Part shown: in pieces, positions 58,854-64,000 of the stretch | Position numbering within the stretch: position 1 is the first letter of the stretch | How the letters are laid out: the number at the start of each line of letters is the position of its first letter | NCBI GenBank assembly: GCA_020439405.1 | Contig: JAGQSS010000001.1 | Span: 31,189 to 95,188, forward strand | From: Ilumatobacter sp. | Lineage (GTDB): Bacteria > Actinomycetota > Acidimicrobiia > Acidimicrobiales > Ilumatobacteraceae | Direction of reading: 5' to 3' | Length of the DNA: 64,000 nt | Notes under the pieces: generated by a model | The model's database searches: none | What the model saw: the letters and a program-made list of their open reading frames with translations, nothing else | Told to the model about the DNA's origin: nothing | Program-made: the position numbers and the translations under genes

Positions 58854-58902
58854 CGCCGACACCGATGCGCGGCCGCCCGGCCGGCTCGCTTACCGTACGG
58901 AC

Positions 58903-60048
58903 ATGCGCGCATTGTTCGACGACGATCACGAGGCTTTCCGCGAGAGCTTCACGACCTGGATCGACAACGAGGTCGTCCCGCACTACATGGAGTGGGAGGA
59001 GGACGGCATCGCACCCAGGTCGATGTACACCTCGGCCGGGAAGTTCGGCTTCCTCGGCATGCAGATCCCCGAGGAGTTCGGCGGCGGCGGTTCGGACGAC
59101 TTCCGGTTCAACCAGGTGATCGCCGAGGAGTTCGCTGCGAAGGGGATCGGTGGCGCAGGTCTCGGCCTGACGTTGCACAACGACATCACCACGCCGTACT
59201 TCATCGAGTTCACGAACGACGAGCAACGTCAGCGCTGGCTGCCGGGGATCGCGACCGGCGAACTGATCACGGCGATCGCGATGACCGAACCGGGGACGGG
59301 TTCCGATCTCGCCGGTGTCGTCACGACGGCCGTGCGCGACGGGGACGAGTACGTGATCAACGGATCGAAGACGTTCATCACGAACGGCATCAACGCCGAC
59401 CTCGTGATCGTGGCGGCCAAGACCGATCCGAACGAACGCCACGCCGGCATGTCGCTGCTCGTCGTCGAGCGCGGCATGGTCGGTTTCGAGCGCGGCCGAA
59501 ACCTCGACAAGATCGGCATGCACAGCAACGACACCGCCGAACTGTTCTTCACCGACGTGCGGGTCCCGGCCGCCAACCTGCTCGGTGAGGAAGGCGGCGG
59601 CTTCCGCTACCTCACGAACAATCTGGCGCAGGAGCGACTCTCGATCGCAATCACGGGCATCGCATCGGCACGTGCGTCGCTCGGCTGGGCGCTCGAGTAC
59701 GTGCAGGAGCGTGCCGCGTTCGGCAAGCGCGTCGCCGACTTCCAGAACACCAAGTTCGTGCTGGCCGAGGTGGCGACCGAGGTCGACATCGTGCAGGCCT
59801 TCGTCGACCAGTGCGTGCTGTCGCACAATCGGGGCGAGCTGTCGGCGGCAGACGCCGCCAAGGCGAAGTACTGGTGCACCGACCTCCAGAAGCGTGCCGC
59901 CGACCGCTGCCTCCAGCTGTTCGGCGGCTACGGCTACATGACCGAGTACCCGATCGCCCGCGCCTACGCCGACGCCCGCGTCACCAGCATCTACGGCGGC
60001 ACCAACGAGGTGATGAAAACCATCATCGCCAAGTCCCTCGGCCTGTAG
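58903..60048 (+). CDS. Acyl-CoA dehydrogenase (long-chain type)
   Basis: AMTEPGTGSD, NGSKTFITNG, QERL, FGGYGY and IYGGTNE. Confidence 0.95.
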   Translation: MRALFDDDHEAFRESFTTWIDNEVVPHYMEWEEDGIAPRSMYTSAGKFGFLGMQIPEEFGGGGSDDFRFNQVIAEEFAAKGIGGAGLGLTLHNDITTPYFIEFTNDEQRQRWLPGIATGELITAIAMTEPGTGSDLAGVVTTAVRDGDEYVINGSKTFITNGINADLVIVAAKTDPNERHAGMSLLVVERGMVGFERGRNLDKIGMHSNDTAELFFTDVRVPAANLLGEEGGGFRYLTNNLAQERLSIAITGIASARASLGWALEYVQERAAFGKRVADFQNTKFVLAEVATEVDIVQAFVDQCVLSHNRGELSAADAAKAKYWCTDLQKRAADRCLQLFGGYGYMTEYPIARAYADARVTSIYGGTNEVMKTIIAKSLGL

Positions 60049-60158
60049 CGACGAAAGGGGTCGGATACGTTTCGTCGTCAGATGGGGTCAGGCACCTCCT
60101 GGCCGTCAGCTGAAGGAGGGCACGACCTGTGACGCCAGGAGGTGCCTGACCCCATCTG
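60049..60158. repeat. REP-like long inverted repeat / bidirectional terminator
   Basis: 25-bp perfect arms CAGATGGGGTCAGGCACCTCCTGGC (60079-60103) and its complement (60134-60158), preceded by GGGGTCGGATACGTTTCGTCG. Confidence 0.75.
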
Positions 60159-60159
60159 G

Positions 60160-61653
60160 TCAGGCGGGGACGTGGGTTCTTTCGAAGTGGAGGGCGTCGT
60201 CGGCGATGGGGGACTCGACGATCAGGCCGATGTCGCCCTTGTAGTTCTGGAGCGCGACCCACGGCTCACGGTCGCCCTGCTTCGGGAGCATCGGCACCAT
60301 GCGCTGGATGTAGCCTGCCGAGAAGTCGTCGATCCACGGACGCAGCGTCATGTCGGCGTCCTGCGGGCGGAGACGGGGCACGGCGACATCGGTGCCGGTC
60401 GCCCGCATGTAGTTGAGGACCCGGCAGACCCAGCCACAGACGATGTCGGCCCGCAGCGTCCACGACGCGTTCACGTAGCCGAACGTCGACGCGAGGTTGG
60501 GGACGCCCGAGTAGGCGACGCCCTTGTACGTGATCGTCTGCGAGAAGTCGACCGGTTCGCCGTCGACCGTGAAGTCCATCTCGCCGAGCGTCACCAGCTG
60601 GAGTCCGGTCGCGGTCACCACGATGTCGGCGTCGAGGTGCTCGCCCGACGTCAGCTGGATCCCGGTCTCGTCGAACGTCTCGATCGTGTCGGTCACGACC
60701 GACACCGAGCCGTCGTTGATCGTCTCGTACAGGTCGCCGTCGGGGATCAGGCACAGCCGCTGGTCCCACGGGTTGTAGCTCGGCGTGAAGTGCTGATCGA
60801 CGACGTCGTCGCCGAGCTGCTTACGCGACATGTCGAGCAGTTGCTTCTTGACCTTCTCCGGCTTCGTGCGGGTCTGCTTGTAGAAGAACTGGCCCATGGC
60901 GATGTTCTTCCTCCGCGTGATCTTGTACGCCAGCTCGTCGGGCAGCACCTTGCGGAGACCGTTGGCGATCGCGTCCTTCGCCGGGCGTGACACCACATAG
61001 GTGGGGGAGCGCTGCAGCATCGTGACGTGGCCCGCTCCGCTGCGCGCCATGGCAGGCACCAGCGTCATGGCCGTCGCGCCCGACCCGATCACGACCACCT
61101 TCTTGCCCGCATAGTCGAGGTCGTCCGGCCACTGCTGCGGATGCACGAACGTGCCGCCGAAGCGCTCCTCGCCCGGGAAGTCGGGCCGGTAGCCGCCCTT
61201 GTACGAGTAGTAGCCCGAGCACATGAACAGGAACGAGCAGGTGTAGGTGACCGGCTGGCCGGTGGACGTGTCGCGGGCGTTGATCGTCCAGCGGGCGTCG
61301 ACGCTCGACCACTCGGCGCTGTCGACGTGGGTGTTGAAGCGGATGTACTGCTCGAGATCGAACGCCGCGACCGTCTCGCGCAGGTACTCCATGATCGACG
61401 GACCGTCCGCGATCGCCTTCTCGTGCTTCCACGGCTTGAAGCTGTACCCGAGCGTGTGCATGTCGCTGTCGGAGCGGATGCCCGGGTATTTGAACAGGTC
61501 CCAGGTGCCGCCGATGTCGGCGCGACCCTCGAGGATCACGAACGACCGGTCGGGACACTGATGCGTGAGGTGGTAGGCGGCACCGATGCCGGAGATGCCG
61601 GCACCGACCACCACCACGTCGACGTCGGTCTCGAGACGGGTCTGCTCGCTCAT
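60160..61653 (-). CDS. Flavin-containing monooxygenase (Baeyer-Villiger, EthA-like)
   Basis: GAGISG, GGTWDLFKYPGIRSDSD, FGGTFVHPQQW (FxGxxxHxxxW), GSGATA and ATG. Confidence 0.93.
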   Translation of the reverse strand: MSEQTRLETDVDVVVVGAGISGIGAAYHLTHQCPDRSFVILEGRADIGGTWDLFKYPGIRSDSDMHTLGYSFKPWKHEKAIADGPSIMEYLRETVAAFDLEQYIRFNTHVDSAEWSSVDARWTINARDTSTGQPVTYTCSFLFMCSGYYSYKGGYRPDFPGEERFGGTFVHPQQWPDDLDYAGKKVVVIGSGATAMTLVPAMARSGAGHVTMLQRSPTYVVSRPAKDAIANGLRKVLPDELAYKITRRKNIAMGQFFYKQTRTKPEKVKKQLLDMSRKQLGDDVVDQHFTPSYNPWDQRLCLIPDGDLYETINDGSVSVVTDTIETFDETGIQLTSGEHLDADIVVTATGLQLVTLGEMDFTVDGEPVDFSQTITYKGVAYSGVPNLASTFGYVNASWTLRADIVCGWVCRVLNYMRATGTDVAVPRLRPQDADMTLRPWIDDFSAGYIQRMVPMLPKQGDREPWVALQNYKGDIGLIVESPIADDALHFERTHVPA

Positions 61654-61721
61654 GTCGCGACGGTACCCGTCGTCGTGCACCCGCTGCGTGTCGAGCGCGC
61701 CGTCCCTGCGATGCTGGCGCC

Positions 61722-62687
61722 ATGATCGACGTCGAGTTCACCACCGTCGCCAACGGCGACATCGAGATCGAGGTCGCGACCATCGGGTCGGGACCCCTCA
61801 TCGTGTTCGTCCACGGCTGGCCCGAGCTGTGGTTCTCCTGGCGGCACCAGATGGAGCACGTCGCTGCCAACGGGTACCGGGCGGCGGCGATCAACGTCCG
61901 CGGCTACGGCGGCAGTTCGAACCCCACCGAGATCGAGGCGTACACGATGCGCGAGATCACGGGCGACGTCGCAGCGGTGATCGATGCGCTGGGCAACGGT
62001 GAACCGGCCGTGGTCATCGGCCACGACTGGGGCGCCCCGATCGCGTGGAACACGGCCCGCCTGCACGCCGACAAGGTGCGCGCCGTGATGGGGATGAGCG
62101 TGCCGTACCTGCCGATCGGGCCGACGTCGTCGCTCGACATCTTCCGCCAGATCTACGCCGACAAGTTCTTCTACCAGCTGTACTTCCAGGAGCCGGGCGT
62201 CGCCGAGGCCGAACTCGGCGCCGACGACGCCCGCTCGCTGCGGATGATCTACTTCGGGGCGAGCGCCGCCGGGCGCGGGACGTTCCTCGGCGAGAAGCCT
62301 GCCGATTCCACGTTCCTCGAGGGCATGGTCGATCCCGAGATGCCGTTGTCGCACCTGACCGAGGACGAACTCGCCGTCTACGCCGCGGCGTACGAGCGCA
62401 GCGGCTGGCACGGCCCGATCAACCGCTACCGGGCGCAGGATCTCGACGCCGCCGACATCGGCCACCTCGACGACGACGGTGTGCTCACCCAACCGGCGGC
62501 GTTCGTGGGCGGGGCCGAGGACGCGGTCCGCCAGTTCATCCCCGGTCTCGACCTGTTCGACATGGCCCCGAACTCGTGCGGCGACTACCGGGGCACGACG
62601 ATCGTCGACGGTGCCGGCCACTGGGTCCAGCAGGAGCGCCCCGCCGAGACCAACGCCGCCATCGACGCCTTCCTCCAGACCTTGTAA
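61722..62687 (+). CDS. Alpha/beta hydrolase, epoxide hydrolase-like
   Basis: HGWPE..WRHQ, GHDWGA, YQLYFQ, YR and GHWVQQE. Confidence 0.92.
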   Translation: MIDVEFTTVANGDIEIEVATIGSGPLIVFVHGWPELWFSWRHQMEHVAANGYRAAAINVRGYGGSSNPTEIEAYTMREITGDVAAVIDALGNGEPAVVIGHDWGAPIAWNTARLHADKVRAVMGMSVPYLPIGPTSSLDIFRQIYADKFFYQLYFQEPGVAEAELGADDARSLRMIYFGASAAGRGTFLGEKPADSTFLEGMVDPEMPLSHLTEDELAVYAAAYERSGWHGPINRYRAQDLDAADIGHLDDDGVLTQPAAFVGGAEDAVRQFIPGLDLFDMAPNSCGDYRGTTIVDGAGHWVQQERPAETNAAIDAFLQTL

Positions 62688-62733
62688 GGGGTCGGAGACG
62701 TTTGGTCGGTCCCGACGAAACGTTTCCGACCCC
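62688..62733. repeat. REP-like hairpin between convergent genes
   Basis: GGGGTCGGAGACGTTTGGTCGG-TC-CCGACGAAACGTTTCCGACCCC; its arm matches 60057-60077. Confidence 0.7.
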
Positions 62734-64000
62734 TACATGTAGGCGACGACGTCGATGATCAGGTGGGTGCTGCCGTACGCATAGCTGCAGAAGCCGTCCT
62801 GGGTCGCGGTGAAGCCGAACGCCGCCAGGCTGAGGTTGGCCACCGTCTGACCGGGGACGTAGTTGAGGTTCGACGCGTACGGCACCGGGTCGAACACGTC
62901 GGTGCAGGGGTAGACGGTCACGTGACCAGCGGCCAGCGGATCGACCGCCGTCACGTTCACGATCGCGAGCACGGCACCCGGCGTCACGCCACCTCGTCCG
63001 TACCATCGGCTCTGCCCGACGACGCGCGTCACGGGCAGATACCGCGAACTGTCGCCGGCGAGCCGGCCCTCACCCTGTGACAGCCCGTCGACGGTCGGTT
63101 CGCCCGGGCGTGTGTCCATCAGGCGGGCAGGCTGGACCGACAGCAGACGGCTCCCGGGCGCGACGGCCGCGTTCACGTCAACGACCAGGTGCATCGTGGC
63201 ATGGGTGTAGATGCAGACATCACCCGCGGGCGACAGCTTCGCGAAGACGGCGTTCGCGACGACCTGACCGGGGGCGTAGTTCAGGTTCGACGTGGTGGGC
63301 TGGGGCTGATCGCACGGCCAGACGGTGATGTGACCGGCGCGATCCGGAGCGATCGCCGTGACGTTGAGCATCACCGCCTCGGTGCCGGCGGGGACGCCAC
63401 TGCGGCCGCCGATCCGGAGGGTCCGGACCGTGCCGGCGATACGGGGCCCCTCGCCCTCGTCCTGGTGATCGACCGTGACGAAGCCCGGACGCGTCTCGAG
63501 GAATCTGGCGGGCACCATCGTTCCCAACGTCGAGTCGATCGGCACATAGCCGTTCACGTCGACGATCAAGTGGGTGCGGGCGTGGACGTAGATGCAGATC
63601 CGTCCGGACGGGTCGAGCTTCGCCAGCACGGCATTCGGCACCGTCTGCCCGGCGGCATGGTTCAGGCTCGACGCCTCGGGTCGGTCGTCGGCGCACGGCC
63701 ACACCGTGACGTGCCCGGCCGCTTCCGGGTCGACCACCGTGACGTTGAGCATCGCGGCTGCCGCATCGGCGGTGACCTCGCCGCGTCCGGCCACGTCGAG
63801 TTCGACGACCGAACCGGCCGCGAGCTTCCCTCCGACGGCGTAGCGGCCGTCGACGGTCGAGCTGCCGAACAGGTTGCTGTAGAAGCGAGCAGGCTCGGTC
63901 GGGATGATCGGCAGCGGGCGGAAGTTCGCCACGACGTGTGCCGTCTCGCGAATGGTGCGGGTGTTGTCCTGTGAGGACGAGCCGATGGGGCCGACGTCGA
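62733..64000 (-). CDS. Surface or secreted protein with about three C-terminal ~125-aa beta-repeat modules (5' end outside the window)
   Basis: Repeated PARxxxTR..TVD..GR.GV...A..LNVT..P...GH.TV.PC...SNLNY.PGQ.V.N...C.Y....HL.VDV. The frame stays open to the window edge. Confidence 0.82.
   Translation of the reverse strand, partial: DVGPIGSSSQDNTRTIRETAHVVANFRPLPIIPTEPARFYSNLFGSSTVDGRYAVGGKLAAGSVVELDVAGRGEVTADAAAAMLNVTVVDPEAAGHVTVWPCADDRPEASSLNHAAGQTVPNAVLAKLDPSGRICIYVHARTHLIVDVNGYVPIDSTLGTMVPARFLETRPGFVTVDHQDEGEGPRIAGTVRTLRIGGRSGVPAGTEAVMLNVTAIAPDRAGHITVWPCDQPQPTTSNLNYAPGQVVANAVFAKLSPAGDVCIYTHATMHLVVDVNAAVAPGSRLLSVQPARLMDTRPGEPTVDGLSQGEGRLAGDSSRYLPVTRVVGQSRWYGRGGVTPGAVLAIVNVTAVDPLAAGHVTVYPCTDVFDPVPYASNLNYVPGQTVANLSLAAFGFTATQDGFCSYAYGSTHLIIDVVAYM

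Overview
High-GC actinobacterial window, probably Acidimicrobiia/Ilumatobacter-like (inferred from a bL37 gene, many leaderless TANNNT promoters and a repeat-domain surface protein). Positions 1-37.8 kb hold a large Wzx-type surface or exopolysaccharide locus that runs off the left edge. It has a priming sugar transferase, a WecB/TagA enzyme, about ten GT2/GT4 glycosyltransferases, two flippases, two NodB deacetylases, amino-sugar pathways, ugd/uxs and gmd/fcl, with ychF lying inside it. The best candidate for an undescribed system is its acyl-tailoring set. A divergent leucyl/phenylalanyl-tRNA-protein transferase (Aat) homologue is translationally coupled between a deacetylase and a flippase. 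A carnitine/choline acyltransferase-fold protein with an apparent catalytic His-to-Arg change is coupled to a sugar aminotransferase. Two GNATs, four hexapeptide acyltransferases and an AT3 acyltransferase accompany them. Positions 38-64 kb contain a two-component system, trxA, a PHP protein, bL37 (missed by the ORF track), a prolyl oligopeptidase, an Fe-S PD-(D/E)XK nuclease, a sigma-less partner-switching module with a degenerate EAL protein and a GH30, tRNA-Leu(TAA), two divergent M20 paralogues around a double-operator element, lipid-catabolic genes, REP-like hairpins and a partial surface protein. No CRISPR array, integrase or transposase was seen. All family calls come from motifs recognised by eye; no database searches were run.
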